From Fibrobacterales bacterium (GTDB lineage Bacteria > Fibrobacterota > Fibrobacteria > Fibrobacterales > JAOPTW01), in NCBI GenBank assembly GCA_051532055.1, contig JAOPTX010000013.1, positions 1 to 57,131 of the forward strand: 57,131 nucleotides of DNA. Reading direction: 5' to 3'. Below are positions 10,961 through 20,675 of this stretch, piece after piece. The translations under genes were made by a program, and so were the position numbers. The first letter of the stretch is position 1; each line of letters begins with the position of its first letter. The notes beneath the pieces are model-generated. The model saw only the letters and a program-made list of their open reading frames with translations. It had not been told where the DNA came from and searched no databases.

Positions 10961-11202
10961 TATTGAATTCCTTTCCTGTTTGTATGTATTCTTAGAGCTG
11001 AAAAAAGCGTGTGTTTCTTAAGCTATTCACGAAAAACATAATGTAGGATTTAATGAAATAATACTCTGACGACTATTAGAGTTCAAAGTTTTAGCGAGGT
11101 CATTTCGCAATAAAAATGACCCTAAAACAGGCAACACCACACTGTACAATCTCATCAATTGTTGGAACTTTTGAATGGGCTGTATTGAATGTCAGTGCAT
11201 AC

Positions 11203-11246
11203 AAAAAAGACCTCGTTATATTCAAAGAGAATACAACGAGGTCTTT
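11203..11246 (-). terminator. Rho-independent terminator of the symporter gene
   Basis: aaagacctcgttatattc / gaatacaacgaggtcttt inverted repeat with a T-run on the minus strand. Confidence 0.8.
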
Positions 11247-11276
11247 AAAACTATAATTGTTACGTATACTGAGGTC

Positions 11277-12680
11277 TTATTCGGCGGTCTTAGACTTTGA
11301 AAACTGTAACCCAACCATAAGAACAATGAGTCCCGCAAGAACCGCTGGAAAACCTTCAAATATCATTCCTTGTAGTCCGAAATAACGCCATAACACAACG
11401 GTCAATACTCCGACGAAAATTGCTGAGAGACTTGTTGCTTCTGATGGTTTTTTACCTAAGGCGAGTACAATCAACAAAGGAGAAAAGGCACTTCCGAGAA
11501 CCGACCATGACATGATAACAATATCAAATACACTCTGGTTATTCATTAAGGCGAGAACAAGTACAAAGAGTGTAATACCAATAGTTGCAAATTTATAATG
11601 AATAGGTTTGTTTAATTTCTTACCAAAATCCTGAGTTATCGTTGCCGAACAACTGAGTACCAATGAATCAGCGGTTGACATAGTTGCCGCAAAGATTCCC
11701 GCTAACACAAGACCCGTCAGAGGCGCTGGAAGCATTTCAAGAGCCATAGTAGGGAGTGCAAGCTCAGCGTCAAAGGCACCTGTATCGGTGAGATATATTC
11801 GAGAAAAGAGACCAACTACTGTAGCAAGAAACCAGAAAACCACAAACCAGCCATAATACCAAGATTTTGTTGCCACCATTGATTCATTTTTACCCAGTGT
11901 CATAAAGCGACTCATTATATGAGGCTGACCAACAACGGTAAATCCAGCAAAAAGCCATCCTACCACAAACATGACGCCACCGGTTACCCCGGGAAATGCC
12001 AGATCCTTAGGGAAAATATCAAGAAAACCAGGGAGTTGATTCATAAGTTGAATAGATTCGTTCACTCCACCAAAATGGGAAACAGAAACAATAACAAGAA
12101 TGGTCATAGCTGCGAGCATCACAAAAGATTGCGCTGCATCGGTCCAAATAGAAGCCCTGATCCCGCCTGCAATACAATATACCACAACGAGAACAGCTCC
12201 CATAATAGCACCAGCCCATATAGGCCAATCAAAGAGTACATGGAGTGCCTTACTCCCCGCTACCAGCTGAGCAGTTGCATACGTAGAGAGAAAGAAGAGC
12301 GACAGAATTCCAATGACCTTCTGTACTTTAGCCTGCTTCAAATTCCAGTTACTGAGCAAGCCCCCATAACTCACCTCTCCGGTTTCACCAGTTTTCACCT
12401 GCATTTTGCGATGTATAAAAAGTGATGCAAGAAAATCCCCGGTAATCCAACCTATCATAAGCCAAATTGCAGAAAGGCCTGTTGTATAGGTATACCCAAT
12501 GACACCGATAAACATATACCCGCTGCTGTTGGTCGCAAAGGCTGAAAGCCCTGCAAGCCATGGCTTTATGGAATTACTTGCCAGGTAATAATCCTGTTTA
12601 GTCCCGGTGCCAAATTTCGATGACATAATACCGACAAATGTGAATCCGGCAAGAAATAAAAGGAATGATGCTAATAACAT
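11277..12680 (-). CDS. Sodium:solute symporter, proline permease PutP-like
   Basis: DYYLA, GLSAFATNSSGYMFIG, GGIRASIWTDAAQ, GQPHIMSRFM and AGIFAATMSTADS; about 13 TM segments. Confidence 0.88.
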   Translation of the reverse strand: MLLASFLLFLAGFTFVGIMSSKFGTGTKQDYYLASNSIKPWLAGLSAFATNSSGYMFIGVIGYTYTTGLSAIWLMIGWITGDFLASLFIHRKMQVKTGETGEVSYGGLLSNWNLKQAKVQKVIGILSLFFLSTYATAQLVAGSKALHVLFDWPIWAGAIMGAVLVVVYCIAGGIRASIWTDAAQSFVMLAAMTILVIVSVSHFGGVNESIQLMNQLPGFLDIFPKDLAFPGVTGGVMFVVGWLFAGFTVVGQPHIMSRFMTLGKNESMVATKSWYYGWFVVFWFLATVVGLFSRIYLTDTGAFDAELALPTMALEMLPAPLTGLVLAGIFAATMSTADSLVLSCSATITQDFGKKLNKPIHYKFATIGITLFVLVLALMNNQSVFDIVIMSWSVLGSAFSPLLIVLALGKKPSEATSLSAIFVGVLTVVLWRYFGLQGMIFEGFPAVLAGLIVLMVGLQFSKSKTAE

Positions 12681-12817
12681 ATTTGATAGTCCTGTGGTTT
12701 TGATATTACACTGTGTGTGTATATACCTTATGCTCAGAGATCACATTGCTTGGTTGACCCCGATTTTGAACCAAGGTAGCATAATACTCTTTTAAGTCAA
12801 TACTACCCTGTAAGAGA

Positions 12818-13828
12818 TTACAATCCTGAGCTATCGATTGTACAAATGGTTGCGGTCGCCCTATCAAAGCCATCTTTTTCCGAATCATTCTTTTCACAAA
12901 CCCATATTTGTCTTGTGAAATTGGTCTTTCCTCTTTTATTAACGTTGCAATAATCAGATATTTTCAATCCGGCGGTGCTCATTATGTTTGTAATATCTGA
13001 GGTAGATACAATAACAAGTCGATTGGTGATTGCTGCTGTTGACTCAATAATGTGTTGGATAGAATTATCATTTGCATGGCTGAATATATTGTATGGCAGG
13101 TCAATAATAGCGGCGTCATACCTATTGCTTATGTCTTTTATATCACAGTGATTAATAGTTGCAGTATAATTAAAGTGAGAAAGGTTTTCTTGTCCATCCC
13201 TACATATCTTCTCATTAATGTCGCAACCCTCAATGGCATATCCTGCAAAACAAGCTTCTAACAGTATTGTGCCAACGCCACAACATGCATCAAGTAGCTT
13301 TTTCTCTTTGTTTGCCTGTGATGCAATATTCACCAGAGCTTTGGCAACACTCATGCCAATTGAGTTACAATATGAGCACGGTTTTTGTTTATGTGCATGC
13401 CACGCAAAATTGTTGTTAAACAGAACACCAAAATACCAAATACCTCTGTAATAACTTAATGCATACATAATGGTTGGGTTATAATAATCAGGAAAACCTT
13501 CGATACTGAGGCCTATATCTTTTAACTTTTTAAGCCTCTCAGCATATTCTGTTGTATCGCCATCCAACACTACATATTCAACTTTAAAACCTTCAATGCG
13601 AATACATTCTTTTTTAATGTCATGAATGAGCGTAGAATAGTCTTCAGAAAACAAAAGAATGTCCAGTCTTTTTTTTATGAAGGCACTACAGGAAGGGTCT
13701 ACTTTTATATCGGAAAAAAGGAGTTTATCCTTCTCTTCTTTATTAAATACCTGTCTCGATTCGAGCTTGCATAGATCTCCTTCATTATCATCAAAATTAA
13801 AGGAATAGATATAGTTCTTGGAATGCAT
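12818..13828 (-). CDS. SAM-dependent methyltransferase, TRM11/UPF0020-like
   Basis: LLDACCGVGTILLEA (motif I), GCDIN and IIDLPY (motif IV). ATG 13828 chosen as the probable start. Confidence 0.8.
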   Translation of the reverse strand: MHSKNYIYSFNFDDNEGDLCKLESRQVFNKEEKDKLLFSDIKVDPSCSAFIKKRLDILLFSEDYSTLIHDIKKECIRIEGFKVEYVVLDGDTTEYAERLKKLKDIGLSIEGFPDYYNPTIMYALSYYRGIWYFGVLFNNNFAWHAHKQKPCSYCNSIGMSVAKALVNIASQANKEKKLLDACCGVGTILLEACFAGYAIEGCDINEKICRDGQENLSHFNYTATINHCDIKDISNRYDAAIIDLPYNIFSHANDNSIQHIIESTAAITNRLVIVSTSDITNIMSTAGLKISDYCNVNKRGKTNFTRQIWVCEKNDSEKDGFDRATATICTIDSSGL

Positions 13829-14023
13829 ATTTCTCAATAGTAAAAGCCACGTCAATGTTATAAAATAAACGGTCAGTTAATTCCATTTTTCGCCATGGAA
13901 GAGTGTAATCACAAAGGAGATCAAAAAAAGTTTATGGAAAAGTACGGAACTCGTTTTCCCGATGCTTTTTTGCCCCCTGAAATACAGTAACGAATAACCT
14001 CAAAGTGAGTAACGCCCAGCCGA

Positions 14024-14054
14024 AAGAAAAGAAAAGGCATTCTTATAAATGCCT
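14024..14054 (-). terminator. Rho-independent terminator
   Basis: aggcatt-N6-aatgcct hairpin followed on the minus strand by ttttcttttc. Confidence 0.6.
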
Positions 14055-14079
14055 AAACGCCCTATCGACTAGTGAATCC

Positions 14080-15516
14080 TTACCGTTGAAATTGCTCCAA
14101 TAAATTATTTGCCTCAATATCATCAGGATTAGCCCGTACATATCGACCATCAACATCATGATACCCACTGACTACCATCTTGTTACGCTGCATAAAACGA
14201 GCAAGATCTTTAGTCAAATACTTACGGCCACTATGCATTTCGAATCGAACAAACCGATTGAGTGTTGAGCTATAGGACGCTGTTTTTAGATGATCATGAG
14301 TCACATGACTATGGACCTGTACATGCAACCTGACTTCGTTCCTGTCAAGCTCAATTTCTTGTGGATACACATCAATGTCTACCCCTTCGTATCCTATGGT
14401 ATCAAGAGTAACAGACTCCCCGAGCCCTTTAAACACCTCATTCGCCTTACTTTCAACAAGTCTTTCTGCAATACCAGGAAGCTTCTCTTCAAGCATGCTT
14501 TCAATTGAGCCAAAGAGATCAATAACCTGAGCAAAGCCTTCAGGCTCAACATCAAGATCAAAGTCGACATCCATGCGCACTACCGTACTCCCTGGATTAA
14601 GAGAGAGTCGTATCTTACCCAATAGTGTGGCATAAGAATCGGTCCACTCCTTTTCTATCCCAAATACTTCGAAACGGATAGAGCCATTATCCACCGTTAA
14701 CGCTTTCACTTCGACATCAAACATCGTTCCACTAACCAAGTCTGTAACTTTGTTACGGAGCAATTCGAGTATATCCATAACGAATGGTGAGGCGAGGACA
14801 ACGGTAACTTCTGAATAGGTTGGAATAAAGCTCCGTGACTCATCCACGTCAGTATATTGAGACAGGGATACGCCTGGGCGGCCCACAAAAATACCGATAC
14901 CCGGAGTATTATTCTGATGCACCTTTAGCAGGCGAAGCTTAACGGGATAGGCACTATGGGGAGGATTATTCTCTGAACCATCTTCTGACTCAAAAGCTCC
15001 CTCTATCAAACCGATCATGGGGGTCACCACGTCAAGTGCAATAGTATCAACATAGGCAACCAATCCTGTTCCTTGTACTATATCAGCAATCTCTTCTTCT
15101 GTAAAAGGAGCTCTTATTACCTTAATTTCAGTAAACTGCACTCCCACTTTTGGCGCTGCGCCATTCACCGAAGGTTTAAGATCAGTTTCAAACCTTACTT
15201 CAAATTCAAAAGGAATAGTGTAGAGATGGGCTGACGCTGCCTCATCTGTTGCTATTGAGATGGCTACAGATCCGGCAATATCAATAGCCAAATACGCATA
15301 TCCATTTTCTTGTTCTCTATAGCTAAATGTAGGAAGCGATATCCGGCCCTTCATAGTCACTTCAACCGGATAGTCATCAGTGGTTTCGAACAACTGAATG
15401 GTAGAATTGATTTCAAAATTCAATAACTCTTTGTGACTGCTCACATAGGCTTTTAAAAAATCATCAAATAGTTTTTCCGATACTCCACACTTGACATGTG
15501 CATTTGACAGGCTCAT
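14080..15516 (-). CDS. Hypothetical protein, possible two-domain TULIP/BPI-like fold plus C-terminal DUF3892-like module
   Basis: 478-aa ORF with RBS AGGAAGAG and no signal peptide; C-terminal YVRANPDDIEANNLL resembles DUF3892. Confidence 0.6.
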   Translation of the reverse strand: MSLSNAHVKCGVSEKLFDDFLKAYVSSHKELLNFEINSTIQLFETTDDYPVEVTMKGRISLPTFSYREQENGYAYLAIDIAGSVAISIATDEAASAHLYTIPFEFEVRFETDLKPSVNGAAPKVGVQFTEIKVIRAPFTEEEIADIVQGTGLVAYVDTIALDVVTPMIGLIEGAFESEDGSENNPPHSAYPVKLRLLKVHQNNTPGIGIFVGRPGVSLSQYTDVDESRSFIPTYSEVTVVLASPFVMDILELLRNKVTDLVSGTMFDVEVKALTVDNGSIRFEVFGIEKEWTDSYATLLGKIRLSLNPGSTVVRMDVDFDLDVEPEGFAQVIDLFGSIESMLEEKLPGIAERLVESKANEVFKGLGESVTLDTIGYEGVDIDVYPQEIELDRNEVRLHVQVHSHVTHDHLKTASYSSTLNRFVRFEMHSGRKYLTKDLARFMQRNKMVVSGYHDVDGRYVRANPDDIEANNLLEQFQR

Positions 15517-15788
15517 ACTCTTCCTTTTAGTTCTATCGCTATCAGTATAACCTTATGAGGGTCATACATCATCGATAGTATGCTTGTATTCTTTAATAGA
15601 TAGAATAGAAGTACTAAATAAAGAGACGCCCCCCAATAGAGACAATTAACAAATTACAACTATGTAATGGGGTAAGCGATTTTAACGAACGGTGCGCGAT
15701 GAGAAGCAGAGTGAATTATTATTAAACGATAACTTTAGGGGGTCGTCAACACAAGGCATTCCCAATGGTTGTTACATATATTCATGCC

Positions 15789-17267
15789 TTAATAGTAGAA
15801 CTTAAACATTACTTTCTCTTTATTTGGTGTGGTGCGATCAATATTGAGGACAGTCCCCCATAGTATTTGAGATGGACTTGATTCTGAAATGAGTATAAAA
15901 TGCTGTCCCACAGTATTAATATTTATTTTATTACTTTCCTCTAGTCGAGTCGTATATACAAACCGTTCCAAGTCACCATTAAGAGAAATTGACTCTCTAC
16001 TCAATTCTCTTTCTGTATCAAAGTCCCCCCATGATGTATAATACCCTGAGTCATCGAGCATATGAGATGGTTCTCCATTCATTAAACGCGCTCTTTGAGA
16101 CTTGAATGCATCTCGTCGTAACACTTCTTGTAATACTATGTCAAGATTGTCAGTACTCAAATCCACATAATCTTTAAAATATTCTAAGCTAGACAACACT
16201 ATATCACCATCAATAGTCCCTAAAAGAAGCCGACCAACATCACACCCACCTTCTTCTATATCCAATAAGGTACACCGATCAGTGGTATCATTAGGATTAT
16301 ATGTATGCAGTACAGAGCCCAAAGAAAAAAGCGATTGTTGTTCACCCGACGTTACCGTTATAGTTGCTGAATCGAGCTGACGGCTGTTCTCTGTATCTAT
16401 TTCACAGTATTCATCTGCCTTACCGGTATGGTATACAGTAAAGTTGGTCGCAAAGGGATGCACAATACTGTCGTCACCATAGGTAAAAGTAGTTTTTGTC
16501 TGTACCTCAACAGAATATACCCCAGAACACATATCTTCAGGTATTATTACCCCATGTTCACCAGTATAGAGCTTAGTGACCATACTATCTGATGAATACC
16601 CAAAACTGCTGTGATAATTCGTGTCAACAGGAAAAACGACCTTATGAAAGAGTGTATCGGGAAAACTGCCACCATCAGGACCAACGTATCCACCAGATAC
16701 TAGTGGAAACGAATGCACTGGCTTCATAAACACATTGAGCTCAAATTTATCTATTGAAATATCTGAAGTAAACAACATTTCAGTTCCTGGACTTGCAGCT
16801 AATATCAAGCTGACATATACACTATCGTGTAAACCCGAATCATCTAGTGTTCCACTCACTTGACCAAAAATATAATCTGGATCTGGGTCCAGAATATATT
16901 TAGAATGGTTGTCTTTTCTTCGCTCCCAACCACTATCTGTATGATTGATATGCATGTCATCGTACCCATTCCTTCTCGTCCATTGTGGCTCTCGATAATA
17001 ACCTTTATAGGAAAATGGAGTTGTACTGATAGAAGCGTATTCAGAACGACTCGGTGAAGAGTGCGAAGCATAAGACTTACCTACATTACCCGTATGCAAT
17101 CCAATTTCTGCGAATATCATTCGTTCGACACTACTTTGGTCAAGCTCTTCAATACTACTACCGCCCGCACCGTCCACATTCTGTAACTGACATCCGGTTA
17201 TCATTCCAGACAGACCAATACACAATAAAACAGTACCTAACGGTGTACAATAAATATTTTTAATCAC
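15789..17267 (-). CDS. Hypothetical lipoprotein
   Basis: 492-aa ORF; GTG start after AAGGAGAGAAAG; lipobox MITGC; no recognisable domain. Confidence 0.75.
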   Translation of the reverse strand: MIKNIYCTPLGTVLLCIGLSGMITGCQLQNVDGAGGSSIEELDQSSVERMIFAEIGLHTGNVGKSYASHSSPSRSEYASISTTPFSYKGYYREPQWTRRNGYDDMHINHTDSGWERRKDNHSKYILDPDPDYIFGQVSGTLDDSGLHDSVYVSLILAASPGTEMLFTSDISIDKFELNVFMKPVHSFPLVSGGYVGPDGGSFPDTLFHKVVFPVDTNYHSSFGYSSDSMVTKLYTGEHGVIIPEDMCSGVYSVEVQTKTTFTYGDDSIVHPFATNFTVYHTGKADEYCEIDTENSRQLDSATITVTSGEQQSLFSLGSVLHTYNPNDTTDRCTLLDIEEGGCDVGRLLLGTIDGDIVLSSLEYFKDYVDLSTDNLDIVLQEVLRRDAFKSQRARLMNGEPSHMLDDSGYYTSWGDFDTERELSRESISLNGDLERFVYTTRLEESNKININTVGQHFILISESSPSQILWGTVLNIDRTTPNKEKVMFKFYY

Positions 17268-17438
17268 CTTTCTCTCCTTTTACCAAAACAATACTTTCAA
17301 TAGAAAGCTGCTCATTGTTCAGTAATTCGTTTTTGTCCCCGACCTCATTCAGTATACATTGCGCATCTCATAGCACAGCCGATAGACCATTCGATTATAG
17401 GTAATGTATAGCTCTTCGAATGTTTTGTTTGTTTTCAT
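17260..17438 (-). pseudogene. Collapsed remnant of an ECF sigma factor gene
   Basis: ATG 17438 with RBS AGGT gives MKTNKTFEELYITYNRMVYRLCYEMRNVY* (ECF region 1.2/2.1-like). A second frame ends ...VKGEKGD* overlapping the next GTG. Confidence 0.6.
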
Positions 17439-17928
17439 TACCTATTAAACACATGATATGAGGAAAAAGAAACCATCATCCCATTTTTTTTTTAAAATCG
17501 TCACTATTTAACCCATATCCTACGTAAACAAAGCTTTTGCCTATGGGCAGTCAGTAGCTTAAACCATCAACAGTGGAGGGTATGGCGGTGTATTATTTTG
17601 GTAAATATACTATTCTGGTAGAGTTTAAGAGGATGCTGGTTGTGATTAGGGTTAAGTCAATGTCAATGCAAGATGGTATTTCACATCGTGAGTCCTGTAA
17701 ACCCAAAATGGGATCGATCACCCGTCACTGAACCCCTAAACCCTCCTTTGCTTACAAATAGAAAGCGGATATTTCGGCTATTTGTGTAAACCTCTGTTAA
17801 GGCTGAGTTACAACTAATAGCTTTTTACCTAAGTTTGATAGTTCTTGGGGATTTGGCCTATCTCCGCTTATACGTTCAACCAATATAAATATTGATACAC
17901 TTACAAAAGTAACAGATTTTGGTAATTC

Positions 17929-18558
17929 ATGAAGACAAACAACATACTTAAAGCAGCGACCTTTGTCGCTGCTCTCCTCTTTGTGGCCTGCAGTAGCACA
18001 AAACCAAAAATCCACGTTGATTCTCACCCAGTTTTAGGCAAATCACCCGCGGTAGTTTTAAAGACTAGGGTCAATGAAAGGCTAAAAGAAAAGTATATCG
18101 ATTACACATTCACCATCGCAGGCTTTTCATTTGGTGAAGAGATAGACTCAACTGAAAATGTGGTTGAAAATGATGGTACGAGAGAAGTAATCCTCATAGA
18201 GACTGATTACGTATTACGCGATTGGAACCACACTGTTGTGGAGAGTCATCAGAACCCAACCTCAGTGATTGAAATTCGAAAATTCGATATTTATACAGAA
18301 ACGACAGAAGAGGTACAAAATAATGAATATGAATCGAACTTTTTGTTATCAAACGCCTTCTCCGGTAGCCAATCAAGAACTGAGATTAGCAACAAACAAC
18401 AGTATAACGCACTTTTCTGCCTTATTAAATCAGATGCAAAAGAAATTTGCTTTGAACACAACACACTAGATTCAGATGAATCCATTGATATTAGAGAGTA
18501 CATACAGTTTATACTTATCTCACTCATTAATAACACAGCAAATGAAAAAGGACTATAA
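17929..18558 (+). CDS. Hypothetical lipoprotein
   Basis: Lipobox FVAC after a basic N-terminus; 2 nt from the next gene. Confidence 0.75.
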   Translation: MKTNNILKAATFVAALLFVACSSTKPKIHVDSHPVLGKSPAVVLKTRVNERLKEKYIDYTFTIAGFSFGEEIDSTENVVENDGTREVILIETDYVLRDWNHTVVESHQNPTSVIEIRKFDIYTETTEEVQNNEYESNFLLSNAFSGSQSRTEISNKQQYNALFCLIKSDAKEICFEHNTLDSDESIDIREYIQFILISLINNTANEKGL

Positions 18559-18560
18559 CA

Positions 18561-19103
18561 ATGCGCACATTACTTTACTTGAGTATCATCGCCATTCTTC
18601 TTTCCTGCTCTGGTAGAAAACGAAAACCTGATGCTGTATTTGTCTATGCGAAAGGTAAGTCTAACGCTACGCGCAATAATACTATGGGTAATAGCGATGT
18701 TAAAATTGTATATCGTTCATTTAAGACTCTCGTAAATAAGATAGGTGATGACATTCAAGGTATTGACCGAGAGGTCGAAATGTCACTCATACCCAAAGGT
18801 GGTCTTCTCGTATATGTCCCTCAATCATTTGATGTGGTAGCTCTCAAAGTACTCAGAGGTAACTCTGTAATAAAATCATGTCGTGTAAATGCTACATTCA
18901 TTAAATATGAGATTAACTGTATTAAAAAAAATTATGCAAAAGCTGATCTCTTTGATAACCAAACGTGTCTACCTTCTGAAGTTGCATGGCCCAAAATCTC
19001 ATGTAAACTCACCAGACCTCTGAAAGAGAATGATACGGTACACATTTTCCGTCAAAATCTAAAAGACCCCGTTAAGGTTTTTAACATCAAGAGTGTTTTG
19101 TAA
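18561..19103 (+). CDS. Hypothetical basic lipoprotein
   Basis: Lipobox LLSC; RBS AAGGA; coupled to the upstream ORF. Confidence 0.72.
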   Translation: MRTLLYLSIIAILLSCSGRKRKPDAVFVYAKGKSNATRNNTMGNSDVKIVYRSFKTLVNKIGDDIQGIDREVEMSLIPKGGLLVYVPQSFDVVALKVLRGNSVIKSCRVNATFIKYEINCIKKNYAKADLFDNQTCLPSEVAWPKISCKLTRPLKENDTVHIFRQNLKDPVKVFNIKSVL

Positions 19104-19252
19104 TAGGGATTTTATTCTATCTACATGCAAAACCCAAGTCCTACCCTATTTATCACCATCTAAACAACTTGAGACGAATACTGATACCAACAGAGCTTGA
19201 TAGAAAAGCTAACGTTTAATTAAGACTATATGATATATTACTTTCTAATTTA

Positions 19253-20563
19253 TCATTCACTTTTCTCGATATATTCTTGCATCAACTGTAAAAACTCTTC
19301 ATTAATAAGTATTCTCACGTCCTTATCAAAGTAGTCGGCGTAAATAATCAATCCTTCATCTGTATCGGTATCGATATCGATATATAAAAATTCAACAAAA
19401 TAACGACTATCACAATCCGAGTCTTCCTCACATTGAGTATTCGCATGAAAGATATCGCCATCCCTATATGCTGATTCGAACACAGTATAGGCTGACGCAC
19501 CATATTCTTTATCAAAGAGTATAAAGGTCCCCTCATCAATAACATTACTTTCAACCTCATCTTCTTTTTTAATCGTTACTGTGTGCTTTGAATGGTTAAA
19601 GGTGATGTAATAAAAATAGCGGTGCTCCTCAAAGGGAGGCTGTATACTTACTGTTTGTTTGAACACCATTGGTGATGTCGGTTGTGAAAATGATACTAGA
19701 ACATCATCATATAGAGAAGAAATGACTATTTGTGATAACTGTTCAAAGTCATCAGACAAGTTACAGTCCCCTTCATGCAAGAGAAGACCGGGGTTAGAAC
19801 AGGCATCAGGATAGGTAACACGGTCTACCCCACAGGTGATATTATCATTCTCTATTAATTCCAGTGTTCCCTCTAGAGTACAAGTATAGGTTTCACAGCC
19901 ATCAAAATAAGTCTCCTCTTCATATACTTCAGCTCCGTCAGGTGCAGTACACATGACACAGGGTTCGGGATCCGTTTTATAAAAGTCACCTTCTTCACCA
20001 CACACTAAACGATCGGCTCTACACCGTGATGACCACGATGCTGTTGGTACCGTGTCTTCCACTAAAAATTTTTCCCCGTATGCCCAACAGTAGGATTCTT
20101 CAAAGAGATAGCCACATTCCTGATAGTCCATATAAAAATAGCAATGATCTAAATCATTATAGAGGTCGTCACAATCCTCACCTTCACAACTGCATCCGGT
20201 AACAAGTTCGCAGTCAGTTCCATTAAATTTTGCTCCAAACTCTTCACTACAATCACCGACGGCTACTGCATCTTTAGGCTTGCAATATTCATTCATTTCT
20301 GTATCTGAGTTTCTATCAATGGGAGTACTTGACGATTCATCGTCAGGTTCACTAGATGATTCAGAAGAACCATGGTCCGATGAAATTAAGTCATCAGAGC
20401 TATCGAGAATGATATCATCTGGCAAAAAATGCGATGAGCTTTCGTTTACAGTATCTGAAGAAGAGTTTTCGACTTGAGTGCTCGTATTTTCATCATTGTG
20501 CACAAAATTGCAATTGATGAAAGCGATGAGACTGATAGATATGAGTATAGGGGTGATTCTCAT
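19253..20563 (-). CDS. Acidic Cys-rich lipoprotein with Kunitz-like and Kazal-like modules
   Basis: ATG 20563 after GGAG; lipobox-like FINC; Ser/Asp linker; CSEEFGAKFNGTDCELVTGCSCEGEDC...C (Kunitz-like) and TCGVDRVTYPDAC...HEGDC (Kazal-like). Confidence 0.7.
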   Translation of the reverse strand: MRITPILISISLIAFINCNFVHNDENTSTQVENSSSDTVNESSSHFLPDDIILDSSDDLISSDHGSSESSSEPDDESSSTPIDRNSDTEMNEYCKPKDAVAVGDCSEEFGAKFNGTDCELVTGCSCEGEDCDDLYNDLDHCYFYMDYQECGYLFEESYCWAYGEKFLVEDTVPTASWSSRCRADRLVCGEEGDFYKTDPEPCVMCTAPDGAEVYEEETYFDGCETYTCTLEGTLELIENDNITCGVDRVTYPDACSNPGLLLHEGDCNLSDDFEQLSQIVISSLYDDVLVSFSQPTSPMVFKQTVSIQPPFEEHRYFYYITFNHSKHTVTIKKEDEVESNVIDEGTFILFDKEYGASAYTVFESAYRDGDIFHANTQCEEDSDCDSRYFVEFLYIDIDTDTDEGLIIYADYFDKDVRILINEEFLQLMQEYIEKSE

Positions 20564-20675
20564 GAGTATCTCCAAAGAGGTGCTAGACCTAATAATACTT
20601 AAATAAAGGGTGGCGAATGGTGTGTTATGGTGAGTAATTCTCACAAATTGCTCTTATTCTGTGAGCAAATGAATC

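Noticed and set aside
17512..17604. Possible GH18-like remnant (TINSGGYGGVLFW*) on the plus strand
   Set aside because: The match is a single short motif flanked by stops, which is too weak without a search.
20564..20644. Longer start for the Cys-rich lipoprotein (GTG 20644, MRITHH...), apparently duplicating MRIT
   Set aside because: ATG 20563 has an RBS and gives a proper signal peptide. The upstream similarity is only a few codons.
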